IMG/VR virus record: IMGVR_UViG_3300020576_003495
Span: 96,001-160,000 of that record
Direction: 5' to 3' (one strand)
Source of the DNA: a virus
Lineage: Duplodnaviria; Caudoviricetes
DNA: 64,000 bases
In this document: positions 18,979 to 27,611 of the stretch, one piece after another
Layout of the letters: each line of letters opens with the position of its first letter
How positions within the stretch are numbered: position 1 is the first letter of the stretch
Program-made: the position numbers and the translations under genes
Notes under the pieces: model-generated
Seen by the model: the letters and a program-made list of their open reading frames with translations, nothing else
The model's database searches: none
What the model was told of the DNA's origin: nothing

Positions 18979-19122
18979 GAATATGCCCCTGTTGGGCGAC
19001 TATAACGGGGTGCAGTTGTGCCGTTTGTGCGTTGCCCCACATAACAGAAATATTTCTTTCATTTAAGATTAGGGGGGTGTATTATCATCCTTCCTATCCC
19101 AATAATAATTGAAGATTTTATA

Positions 19123-19977
19123 ATGACGCCTTTTCCGATAGTTGCGCAGGGTGAGGATTTCTTGCCTGTTGCTGATTCCACAGCAGCTTACTTCCAAACG
19201 GTAACACGAGAAGACGCCCTTGCTGCAATAAAGCAGCTTTCACAGCAAGAATCTGAGGATTGGTTCAACATCGGCAGGGTTCTTTCAGCCTATAGGTCAG
19301 GCAGGACAGACTCCGAGTGGAACGATCTTCTGTCCTACGCGGAAGACAATTTTCAGGTCAACAAGCGCAAAGCTTATTATCTGATCGGAATTTACGAAAG
19401 CCTATCCAAGAGCAACATTGCCGTAGAACAAGTTAAGCAGATTGGTTGGACGAAGCTTAAGGAAATCGCCCACCTACTCACACAGGACAACGTTGAGTAC
19501 TGGGTTCAGATTGCCACAGAAAACTCTACAAAGAGCCTCTTAGCACTGCTTAAATCGAAGGCTACAGCAGACTCCAAAGTAGCGGTGATGCTGGACTCGC
19601 ACCTGTCAGATACGAACGCGGACGATCCTGTAACACCTTCACCCGATTTTAGTGCCGCTGATGACGTAGCTGAAGACGGCAACTATGTTAACGGCGCGGA
19701 TACTTATTTTGTTAGCCCTGTTGTGGGGGTTGATCTAGCCTCGGGGGCTGATATAACGGCAGTTTTTGTTGGAACCACGGATGGTGGTGGGGAGGTATTT
19801 GTACATGAACATGCTGTTTTACCTGTTGAAGTACCGACTGAACACGACACTACCGAACATGCCAGTCTTGTCGCCGGTGCCGTTGGAGTCCTCAAACAGT
19901 ACAGCGCCAATGACGTTATCAAAGCCGTGTCGGAACTATTTCCTAATATGAAGATTGTGGCTAAGGGGGTTATTTAG
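19123..19977 (+). CDS. DUF3102-like protein (paralog 2)
   Basis: IGRVL...RKAYYLIGIY...IGWTKLK. Confidence 0.6.
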   Translation: MTPFPIVAQGEDFLPVADSTAAYFQTVTREDALAAIKQLSQQESEDWFNIGRVLSAYRSGRTDSEWNDLLSYAEDNFQVNKRKAYYLIGIYESLSKSNIAVEQVKQIGWTKLKEIAHLLTQDNVEYWVQIATENSTKSLLALLKSKATADSKVAVMLDSHLSDTNADDPVTPSPDFSAADDVAEDGNYVNGADTYFVSPVVGVDLASGADITAVFVGTTDGGGEVFVHEHAVLPVEVPTEHDTTEHASLVAGAVGVLKQYSANDVIKAVSELFPNMKIVAKGVI

Positions 19978-20610
19978 ATGTCCGCACTGTTACCACACTA
20001 CCCACAAGAATTGACCTTCGAATACCAGAATCTAGCGAAGCTTTCCAAACCAGAGATACTGAATCTGCTGTCTTTCCTCACGGAGAAGATTAGCCGTTCG
20101 TTTATCATGATGGGGGGCTTGTTGCACACCATACGCAAGAACAAATGGTACAACCCAGACTACCCCAACTTCCAAGACTTTTGTGATGCTTACGCGGAAA
20201 TACAGTACCGCAAGGCCATGTACCTGATTACGATCTACGAGTCACTGGTGAACAACCATATCCCGTTTGAAGAAGCCGTCAAGTTAGGGTACACGAAACT
20301 CGTTTTGTTGGCACCCTACTTCACGCAGGAAAACTACGAAAGCGTCATATCGTGGGCACTTCCGCTGAAGACTTTGCAGGTTGAAACCGCTTTAGCGGGG
20401 ATGTCCAAGACCGCAAAAGATTTTATTGACAAGGTTTCCAGTGCGTCTACGCTTGAGCCGAGCTACAAAGAGCCGAAACAGGAAGCACCCGAGTTGCCAC
20501 ACCTTAAGACGTATCTGCTGACCACACCTTTAGCTTTGGTGGTCGAGGCTTTGAATGTTCTGCATCCTGATAAGGGCTACGTACTCATTTCAGAAGAGCT
20601 ATTTGCTTGA
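19978..20610 (+). CDS. DUF3102-like protein (paralog 3)
   Basis: MGGLL..IR...YRKAMYLITIY...LGYTKL. Confidence 0.6.
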   Translation: MSALLPHYPQELTFEYQNLAKLSKPEILNLLSFLTEKISRSFIMMGGLLHTIRKNKWYNPDYPNFQDFCDAYAEIQYRKAMYLITIYESLVNNHIPFEEAVKLGYTKLVLLAPYFTQENYESVISWALPLKTLQVETALAGMSKTAKDFIDKVSSASTLEPSYKEPKQEAPELPHLKTYLLTTPLALVVEALNVLHPDKGYVLISEELFA

Positions 20611-20662
20611 CAAATTAGGTAGTTTGTTGTAAAGTATAGTCATACTCACGGAGGGTTGACAA

Positions 20663-20908
20663 ATGGCAAGCATCAGCAAAATTGTAAATCATATCGAGCA
20701 GCTACAAGAAGACGCAGTAGTTCCCTATTACAAGGAACTGTACTCACGAATCCTTAGCGCTTTGCGTTTTAACGACTTGCGAGCCGCGTTGTGCATCGCT
20801 GAGTCAGGTATATCGGGGGCTGATGAGGATCGTAGTTGGGATTCACAGGTAACGTCTGTAATCAACGCCATAGACGGTACCTTGGAACACTACGGAATCC
20901 CGCTCTAA
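20663..20908 (+). CDS. hypothetical protein
   Basis: promoter and RBS. Confidence 0.6.
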   Translation: MASISKIVNHIEQLQEDAVVPYYKELYSRILSALRFNDLRAALCIAESGISGADEDRSWDSQVTSVINAIDGTLEHYGIPL

Positions 20909-20963
20909 TCGTAATGTGCCTTCCGGTGGTGTAGAATAGGGCATCCAAACGAGCGGTGACCCT

Positions 20964-21338
20964 ATGAAGCAGATGTGCCTTTACTACGCCCTTGATAAGT
21001 GGCAGGAAGAAGGGGGCTACATTCTGTTTAGAAAAAACACGGATTGGTGCATCCCACATGCGCTGCACTTAGACCCGAAAACCAGTAAGCTGACGCACTA
21101 CGTCCCAAAGCAGGGGTTGGCCTATCCATGGTATACCATGTTTGGTTTCGACGGCTACGTTCAGTTTGGGGATTTGGAGAAAGCCACACCCCTAGACACG
21201 CCTTGTATTGTTTTTGGTTCGTTGTGGTTGTCGTTCTTTACTTGCGTCTGGTTTGTTTCACGGCTATTTACCCGGCGAAACAAGAGGCGTGCCGACAGGG
21301 TGAAGTTTTGGGTCGGTAAGGATAGGCGCAGCCATTAA
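20964..21338 (+). CDS. hypothetical membrane protein
   Basis: C-terminal hydrophobic helix and basic tail. Confidence 0.55.
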   Translation: MKQMCLYYALDKWQEEGGYILFRKNTDWCIPHALHLDPKTSKLTHYVPKQGLAYPWYTMFGFDGYVQFGDLEKATPLDTPCIVFGSLWLSFFTCVWFVSRLFTRRNKRRADRVKFWVGKDRRSH

Positions 21339-21365
21339 AAAAACCTGCCGAAGCAGGTTTATTTT
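21338..21365. terminator. bidirectional intrinsic terminator
   Basis: A-tract, AACCTGC-CGAA-GCAGGTT hairpin, T-tract, between convergent ORFs. Confidence 0.75.
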
Positions 21366-21375
21366 GCAAGTAATT

Positions 21376-21681
21376 TCAACTGCCTTTGGTGCCGTTAATC
21401 GACGCCATTATGTCGCTGTGCAGTTTTGACAGGGTATTAAGTGTCCACAGGAATACTTCGGGGTTCCTTTGATGGACTTCTTTACAGTTGGGGCAGTCAG
21501 TGCCCAGCGGAGTAACTTCAAACCCGCGTGGTTTTTCTTCATCAAGTTCCTTGAGCGCCACAGTACCACACGTATTGCATAGGCCCAAAAAGAAGTGTCC
21601 CTTGTCTTCTGACAGTCCTTTGTCCTTGGCGAAGTTTGTTACTATTTCATCGTAGCGGCTGGTCATCGTTTCTCTCTCCAT
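21376..21681 (-). CDS. hypothetical Zn-finger protein
   Basis: two CxxC pairs; converges on terminator. Confidence 0.6.
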   Translation of the reverse strand: MERETMTSRYDEIVTNFAKDKGLSEDKGHFFLGLCNTCGTVALKELDEEKPRGFEVTPLGTDCPNCKEVHQRNPEVFLWTLNTLSKLHSDIMASINGTKGS

Positions 21682-21782
21682 AAAAGCAGTCATTATAGGT
21701 TCGCACTTGTTTTTGTCAAGGCTGAGTCTTGTTATCGTGTAAGTTTAAGTGTACACTGCCGAAAAATAGCTTGGGGGCGATC

Positions 21783-22508
21783 ATGGGCAGTAAACAACAC
21801 ACTTTCCCGAAGATAGAAAATCTTCCACCACAAATAAAAATCAAGCTGGACGCTATGCTGTTCGATAAGAAGGGAGTAACAGCAGGGGCTAAGTTCTTAG
21901 CCACACTGATTGAGTTCCCAAGTTACCAGAGTTGTTACGCCTATGTGCGTGATTACAAAGAACATTTAGCAAAAGCTTACGAAGAAAATAAACTACTCCC
22001 CCCAACGCTTGTTGAGATAACCAAGGCCAATGTATTAGAAGCCATAGACCTTACGCACAAACAGGCTATGGAAGCGTCAGACTTGATGCAGCAGGTAAGA
22101 GCAAACGAGCAGTCTTTGGAGTACGTGCGGGATTTCACAGCGCTGCAAGAAATGACGCTACTGGCGTTCATACAAAAAGAACGTACACTGAAGCTTTACG
22201 CGCAAGAAAAAGCATCAACTACGGCAGAGGGGTTCATTTCCCCTGTTTGCGGTTTGCGGGATCAACTGGAATCTACGTTCGCCATGTTCTCAAAGATAGC
22301 TCAACTCCAAATGGACTTGGGTATTCTTGAAAAGACAGAGAAGGATTCCAAGGGTCTGAACGTAGTTGCCAAACAGCAACAGGAAGCGTTGATAAAACGG
22401 TTCAAGCAGCAACAGCACCTAAACGACTTAACCACACGTGCCTTGGAAGTCATTCTGGAAGATGGTGATGGTGGGGACGACGATCAACCCGAGCCAACAG
22501 AAGGGTGA
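21783..22508 (+). CDS. DUF3486/Mu gp27-like protein, possible terminase small subunit
   Basis: N-terminal KIENLPPQIKIKLDAML, helical body, acidic tail. Confidence 0.45.
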   Translation: MGSKQHTFPKIENLPPQIKIKLDAMLFDKKGVTAGAKFLATLIEFPSYQSCYAYVRDYKEHLAKAYEENKLLPPTLVEITKANVLEAIDLTHKQAMEASDLMQQVRANEQSLEYVRDFTALQEMTLLAFIQKERTLKLYAQEKASTTAEGFISPVCGLRDQLESTFAMFSKIAQLQMDLGILEKTEKDSKGLNVVAKQQQEALIKRFKQQQHLNDLTTRALEVILEDGDGGDDDQPEPTEG

Positions 22509-22514
22509 TACCCC

Positions 22515-22832
22515 ATGTTTTTATTAGATCAGCTTGTAGCCGCGTCAAAAAACTCAGTCTCCAAGGCAAAGAGGAAGCCGACGATAAGGAAAAAGTCTTC
22601 TGGACTAACCCAACGTGAGCAGGATCATCTTGATGCGTTAATTGCGATGGGTGGCCGGGGGACAACAACTGACATCGGGTTTAGAGTAGCGGGACTCTAC
22701 TACAGCGGGTTGATGTACCTAAGAAAGCTTGAGGCCAAAGGATTTGTCCGTGTTGTGGGTGCTGTTGATCGGGACGGGTCTAACCCCCCCTACATATGGG
22801 AAGTCGTTGATGCAGAAAAACAACACTCTTAG
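22515..22832 (+). CDS. winged-HTH DNA-binding protein
   Basis: TTTDIG...LRKLEAKGFV...YIW; similar to 56243..56548. Confidence 0.6.
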   Translation: MFLLDQLVAASKNSVSKAKRKPTIRKKSSGLTQREQDHLDALIAMGGRGTTTDIGFRVAGLYYSGLMYLRKLEAKGFVRVVGAVDRDGSNPPYIWEVVDAEKQHS

Positions 22833-23364
22833 TCCCCACAAAAATAATTTCAAAAAATAGTTGACACTTCGTTTTTAGGTGAGTTACCATAGCAACACTT
22901 CTGGGGGATTCCTCAGAGCTAATCGGATCAGAACCATGTTTTCACTGCTGCATTCACGACTTGAAAAACCACTAAGCCCCAAAAGGGCCGCGTGTGCTAC
23001 CACTTCGTTTATTAGTCAGGAGAATTATGATTGGTCTGGTTGTGGGCTTGTAGGGATGGGATAAAACTCACCCCCTCTAACTCTAAAAAGAGAAGCCCAA
23101 GACCCTAACGGATTTTGGGCTTTTCCCATTTTTGCAACATGAAATGAAGTTTTTGAAGAAAGTGCTTGACAAATGGTTTGATGTTCTGTAGAATGCGAAC
23201 TGTTGAATCAAGAAAGGAAGCAAGATGCAAAAAGAATGGATGCGGAGAATTTTCCGCTAGTAGTAACAGTGGATGCGCAACGAGGGTGCATACCCCACTT
23301 AAAACATGGTAGAACGGGCGGGACTTAGGATCGTAACCCTAGTGTGGGCGAAAAGATCAAGTTC

Positions 23365-23485
23365 ATAAGCAAGCACCTTGCGACAATAGCGAGCAGCGAT
23401 AGGGTAGGTCAGATTTTGCCAGACTTCGGGGATTTCATGATAACGCCTGACAATAGTTCGCAGCGATAGCAGGATGCTTCCTTAT
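23365..23485 (+). ncRNA. rod hairpin with two inverted 7x7 internal loops
   Basis: GACAATA/AGCGATA loop occurs twice, flanked by pairing helices. Confidence 0.6.
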
Positions 23486-23692
23486 AAAGAAAAACGTCGC
23501 GGAGTGATAACAACGGGTGCCTAATATTGGCCGATGTGACACCACCAACGAGCCGCTAGCAGCGGTCAAGGGGATGAAAAGTCTCCACCAGTAAAACAAC
23601 TTGTGAAGGTTGAGGTCGACTCAGGACACACCTTTGCGGATTGATCGGAGCAGGTTGTTTTACTGAATACCTTCGCAAGAGGGTGTTGTTTC

Positions 23693-23772
23693 GGGGATGG
23701 GGACTGCTTGGTGTGGTCGCTTCACTGTCAATGAAGATATTCAGGCGAGTTCGAATCTCGTCATTCCCGCCA
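23693..23772 (+). tRNA. tRNA-Asp(GTC)
   Basis: CTTCA-CTGTCAA-TGAAG, CCA. Confidence 0.92.
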
Positions 23773-23781
23773 CAGGAAATT

Positions 23782-23868
23782 GGGTTAGAAGCCGTAATGG
23801 TATGGCCCCGGACTGTAAATCCGAGAGCGTGGCTGCACGAGTTGGTTCGATTCCAACCTAACCCACCA
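23782..23868 (+). tRNA. tRNA-Tyr(GTA)
   Basis: CTGTAAA loop, long variable arm, CCA. Confidence 0.93.
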
Positions 23869-23903
23869 TTGACATTCTTTACAGAGTGCAGTATTCTGTA
23901 ATT

Positions 23904-24308
23904 ATGAAAATATGCACATCCTGCAAGCAAGAGCTTCCTTCGGAAGCGTTTTATAAGAACGCCGTTACGCTGGACGGTCTAGGTTCTCAGTGCAAGCGTT
24001 GCGACGGCGCGGGTAAGCAAGTTAAAGCTAGAGAAAATAAGCGCCGTCTTGTTGATGCTTTTGGCGGTTGTTGTAGCGTCTGCGGATACAGTAAATCCCT
24101 ACAAGTTCTACAGTTTCATCACCACGAGCCTAACAAAGAACGTGGTGTGTCTGATTTACTTAGGAATAAATACGAAGTAGCACTGGCCGAAGCTAAAAAG
24201 TGTATCTTGCTTTGCTCTAACTGTCATTTGGAATTACATGAAAAAGAGAGGCCACCATTAGTATATGGTGCTACTCGTAGGGGTAGGTCTAAAACAGTGG
24301 TATGCTAG
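23904..24308 (+). CDS. HNH endonuclease with N-terminal Zn ribbon
   Basis: CxxC, CSVCGY...LQFHH...KCILLCSNCHLELH; promoter TTGACA-17-TATTCT upstream. Confidence 0.88.
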   Translation: MKICTSCKQELPSEAFYKNAVTLDGLGSQCKRCDGAGKQVKARENKRRLVDAFGGCCSVCGYSKSLQVLQFHHHEPNKERGVSDLLRNKYEVALAEAKKCILLCSNCHLELHEKERPPLVYGATRRGRSKTVVC

Positions 24309-24341
24309 ACATAGGGGGTTCGATTCCCTCACCCACCACCA
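24309..24341 (+). pseudogene. 3' remnant of a Tyr-type tRNA
   Basis: GGGGG-TTCGATT-CCCTC-ACCCACC-A-CCA without a 5' half. Confidence 0.8.
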
Positions 24342-24343
24342 GA

Positions 24344-24890
24344 ATTCGCTTGGTTAGCGAAGTAGTCAGAGCACAACTGACGATAACTCAAACGTGGGAG
24401 ATGCCGTCACCTTAATAGGCAACCGTGGATGTCAGGGAGTCTGGCTCACTAAATCACTGGTAGAAGGATGTTGATTAGATACTCATCTGAATAAGGTCTT
24501 AGGGATTTGATCACCCTATCTCTACGGGTACCAGAGAGAGAAGCACTAACCATGCAGATCACCTTATTTTGTCCAACAGGGTCGCCCCCTGTAAGCAAAG
24601 CCTTGATTGATCATCAAGGTACTCCAAGGTCGTCCAATGGGAAGATACCCTGCATTTTGCGCGGGGAGATGCGGGTTTCGAAGTCCTGCCCTAAACGGAG
24701 TCAAGAACAGCGTAACGCTTACGGTGTAAATCCGAAGCTTCGTGGGCTAATCTACCCCCACTGAGGTTATCCCCACCAAGAAACAGAAGGGGCAGAATTT
24801 GTCGTTAATCAGAAAAGAATGCAGTTAGCCGAATAACCGGACTCTACTTGTAGAGCGACAGTGAAAGCCTGTACCGGGAGACACTAAGTA
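24344..24890 (+). ncRNA. large structured ncRNA candidate containing a degenerate tRNA-like module (24621-24701)
   Basis: no credible ORF, many hairpins, D- and T-arm-like element. Confidence 0.45.
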
Positions 24891-24896
24891 TTATAC

Positions 24897-24923
24897 GGGG
24901 GTATGGCTCAATTGGCACAGCAC
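24897..24923 (+). pseudogene. 5' remnant of an Ala-type tRNA
   Basis: GGGGGTA-TG-GCTCAATTGGCACAGC. Confidence 0.78.
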
Positions 24924-24940
24924 TTATGGTATACTAGGGT

Positions 24941-25417
24941 ATGAGTTATATATTTGTACCCGCCCCTGAGAATTACCCCGGAACGATCTACCAGTACGGT
25001 AATAGAATTTTAGAACACCATTTAGTGTGGTGGTTGTCTACGGGGTTACTTGTTCCAGATGGTTACGTTTTGCACCATAAAGACGAAGACCCAACTAACA
25101 ATGAATTTAGTAACTTGGAGTTGATGCTTGAGGGTGACCATATCCGCCACCACAACACACAGCACACCATTGCTAGATTTGTATGCCGTAGGTGCGGAAA
25201 TACGTTTGACCGAAATACCAGAGTTATTTCTGATGGGTCAAAACATATCTATTGCTCAAAAAGGTGTTCAGCGCTCAGCACATCAGGAAGATGCCGCCTT
25301 AGCGAAGATATGAAGGAAAAAGTGCGGTTGCTTAGAATTTCTGGTGGGTCGACTAGAAGTATTTCCAGAGAGTTAGGTATTAGTCGCAACACTGTGATGA
25401 AGTATTGGGGGATATAG
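24941..25417 (+). CDS. HNH homing endonuclease with C-terminal HTH
   Basis: LEHHLVWW, LHHKDEDPTNNEFSNL, LGISRNTVMKYW. Confidence 0.9.
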   Translation: MSYIFVPAPENYPGTIYQYGNRILEHHLVWWLSTGLLVPDGYVLHHKDEDPTNNEFSNLELMLEGDHIRHHNTQHTIARFVCRRCGNTFDRNTRVISDGSKHIYCSKRCSALSTSGRCRLSEDMKEKVRLLRISGGSTRSISRELGISRNTVMKYWGI

Positions 25418-25478
25418 ATGGGCTAAACAACTGATTTGCAATCAGTTAGGGACGGATCGTTACCGTCATTCTCCACCA
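25407..25478 (+). tRNA. tRNA-Ala(TGC), reduced D arm
   Basis: G3:U70 pair, A73, AACTGA-TTTGCAA-TCAGTT, CCA. Confidence 0.85.
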
Positions 25479-25578
25479 AGTTTCAAGCTAGACGGCAAGA
25501 TTGAGCTACGGGTGCTCTCTTGTTCGTGACAAGCCAGTAAGGCTCCCCAAAAGAGATAGCTGGTCGCTTTTTTACAAT

Positions 25579-25662
25579 GCGAGTGTGGCGTAATTGGTAG
25601 CCGCAGCGGTTTTAGAAGCCGCCGTTAATTCGTGGTGGGTTCGACTCCCCCCACTCGCACCA
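25579..25662 (+). tRNA. tRNA-Leu(TAG)
   Basis: cloverleaf, loop TTTAGAA, CCA. Confidence 0.92.
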
Positions 25663-25670
25663 AGTTTTAT

Positions 25671-25748
25671 CTACCTGTCGCCTAGTCTGGTATGGCCCCT
25701 GATTTGGGATCAGGCATAACCTCAGTTCAAATCTGAGCAGGTAGACCA
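25671..25748 (+). tRNA. tRNA-Pro(TGG)
   Basis: CCTGA-TTTGGGA-TCAGG, CCA. Confidence 0.92.
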
Positions 25749-25829
25749 GAATACTCCGTCATTGCGACTTGCACAGCAGCAGTGCCGGGAAAGGCAGTGT
25801 GCAAGCTGCCTGAGAGTTTTATTAGATTT

Positions 25830-25905
25830 GCCCCCTAAGCACATGTGGACGTGTGTCAGTCTCCAAAACTGAAGGTAGGCGGTTCGAGGCCGTCAGGGGG
25901 TGCCA
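25830..25905 (+). tRNA. tRNA-Trp(CCA)
   Basis: TCAGT-CTCCAAA-ACTGA, CCA. Confidence 0.92.
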
Positions 25906-25928
25906 ATGAAAGTAATTGCAAATACCCA

Positions 25929-25957
25929 TTGACAAATCGGGGGAGCTTTTATATAAT
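25929..25957 (+). promoter_or_regulatory. perfect consensus sigma70 promoter
   Basis: TTGACA-17 nt-TATAAT directly before ncRNA copy 1. Confidence 0.9.
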
Positions 25958-25963
25958 TAGTAA

Positions 25964-26316
25964 AACACTGTTAGATGCGTGTTTTTGGAGGTGGGCTTAG
26001 AAGCAGCCATCCTTAATGAGTAGGGCAAGTGCTGTATGCGGATACACATAGGCTGAGAAGGGCATCATTCAGGCCGAAAAGTTCAATAGGGTTTTGTGTG
26101 GATTCTTAGGGAGGCTGGCGTTAGGCCAGATAGCCGAAAGACGAAGCAAAATCACGCCAAGGCAGCTTCGCAAACTGCTGAAGGAATGGGAGTAGCACTC
26201 CCTGAGAACGAATGGGCGTACAGGGCCACACAGCTAGTATCAAGGGGAAGTTGCCGGTAATCCCCACGATCCCTTTTGGCGTGACAGCACACCAAGAATA
26301 CGCATCTAACACTGTT
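25964..26316 (+). ncRNA. 23S rRNA H43/H44 mimic ncRNA, copy 1
   Basis: GGAGGTGGGCTTAGAAGCAGCCATCC ... GCGTGACAGCACAC inside a long terminal helix GTTAGATGCGTGTTTTTGG/CCAAGAATACGCATCTAAC. Confidence 0.85.
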
Positions 26317-26326
26317 GTAAAAAGTT

Positions 26327-26366
26327 TGGCGAGGAGGTTGTTGGTTACCAGACAGGCTCATAACCT
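26327..26366 (+). pseudogene. 5' remnant of a CAT-anticodon tRNA
   Basis: retains D region and AGG-CTCATAA-CCT, lacks T arm and 3' strand. Confidence 0.75.
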
Positions 26367-26405
26367 TTTTCGCTAGTTGTGTTATGATACCCGTGGGGGT
26401 ATGCA

Positions 26406-26858
26406 ATGACACACTTACTATGTTGCAGTTGTAAAGAAAGCAAGCCTTTAGCTAGCTTTTCCAAAGACAAGAGTTCAAAGCGTGGGTACGCTAGTAAATG
26501 TAAAGACTGCCATAATACCTACGTGCGTACTGTGTGGTACCCAAAGAACAAGGATAAGCAGGTAGCGTCTGTTGCTCGTTTTAAAACAGCCAACAGACTG
26601 AAAGAAATCGCTTGGCGGCACGGTGTTCCGTTAGCGGATGTAGAAGAAGCAATAGAGCGCAGTTCTGGGGCTTGTGAAAGCTGCGGTTCCACTGTCTCTG
26701 TTGTGCTAGACCACTGCCACACCACGTCTAAAGTTAGAGGCGTCTTGTGCATGCGTTGTAATACAGTTTTAGGTAGGCTAGGGGATTCTTACGAGAGTGT
26801 TAAACAGCACATGGAGAGTTTGCTGGCCTATTTGGAAAAAAGTTTCGCGGGTGAGTGA
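26406..26858 (+). CDS. endonuclease VII-like homing endonuclease
   Basis: CESCG...LDHCHTT..VRGVLC..CN..LG. Confidence 0.9.
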   Translation: MTHLLCCSCKESKPLASFSKDKSSKRGYASKCKDCHNTYVRTVWYPKNKDKQVASVARFKTANRLKEIAWRHGVPLADVEEAIERSSGACESCGSTVSVVLDHCHTTSKVRGVLCMRCNTVLGRLGDSYESVKQHMESLLAYLEKSFAGE

Positions 26859-26923
26859 AACGTCTTACACAATGGGTTCATATCCCATTAACAGCAGGGT
26901 TAGACTCCCTGTACCCGCAACCA
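26846..26923 (+). tRNA. initiator tRNA-fMet(CAT)
   Basis: C1:A72 mismatch, GGG/CCC anticodon stem, CCA. Confidence 0.9.
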
Positions 26924-26925
26924 GT

Positions 26926-27052
26926 TTCTGTGGCGTAAATAACGATTTCCTCAATGCCAATGAAGTAACGTGGGTTCGAATCCCATCGGCTCGTAAGGGC
27001 TGTCGTCTAGTGGTTAGGACACTAAAAATTTCGTTGTTGCTTGTTCCCAGAA
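26926..27052 (+). ncRNA. YrlA-like Y RNA (permuted tRNA-like domain)
   Basis: T arm, closed acceptor-like stem, then D arm, on a long terminal stem ending CTTGTTCCCAG. Confidence 0.8.
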
Positions 27053-27162
27053 TTAAACAAAGGCCAGAAGCCTAAGTAGTTCCCCGAGCATACGGTAAAC
27101 GTGGGGTTCCCTTGAACAGACTGTTCTTCAACTTCTGTTCGGGGGGATCATGCGACAGTTTT

Positions 27163-27301
27163 ACGGTGTGTGCTTTCGTGCCGGTTCTACTAGAATCAAA
27201 ATTTTATCAAAGCATAGAACCTTGGTGGGGGCTAGGAAAGCCTCAAAATCACTAAAGGTCAGCAGTTGTATTTACAGAATTACGTGGGGGCTTGTTCCTG
27301 T
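27163..27301 (+). ncRNA. Y-RNA-like stem 2
   Basis: GGTGT...CTTGTTCC terminal motif shared with neighbours. Confidence 0.55.
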
Positions 27302-27332
27302 GTTCATAGAAGGATCACCCCAGTAGCAGATT

Positions 27333-27398
27333 TGCGTGGTGTATGGTTACCGTTACTTCTATCTTAGTGAAATCACACGGTTACCGCTTGTTCCCGCA
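27333..27398 (+). ncRNA. Y-RNA-like stem 3
   Basis: GTGGTGTA...TACTTC...GCTTGTTCCC. Confidence 0.65.
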
Positions 27399-27407
27399 TT
27401 TATTTAT

Positions 27408-27484
27408 TGCTTGTTAGCTCAGTCCGGCAGAGCATTGTCTTGATAAGGCACAGGTCGTCGGTTCAAATCCGACACAAGCAACCA
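27408..27484 (+). tRNA. tRNA-Ile(GAT)
   Basis: loop TTGATAA, CCA. Confidence 0.9.
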
Positions 27485-27488
27485 AGTT

Positions 27489-27551
27489 TCGGTGGTGTTG
27501 GTTAGTCGTTCTTCTTTCGGTGAAAAATCCGACTAGCTGTTTGTTCCCCGA
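27489..27551 (+). ncRNA. Y-RNA-like stem 4
   Basis: GTGGTGTT...TTCTTC...TTTGTTCCC. Confidence 0.6.
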
Positions 27552-27611
27552 TTAATTTCCCCAGTCTTAGTGGCGGGATGGTCTTAGGTATTTATACCCA
27601 CAGGAGTCAAC

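Noticed and set aside
24554-24570. Anti-Shine-Dalgarno-like GATCACCT
   Set aside because: Short match lacking the CCTCC core; expected by chance.
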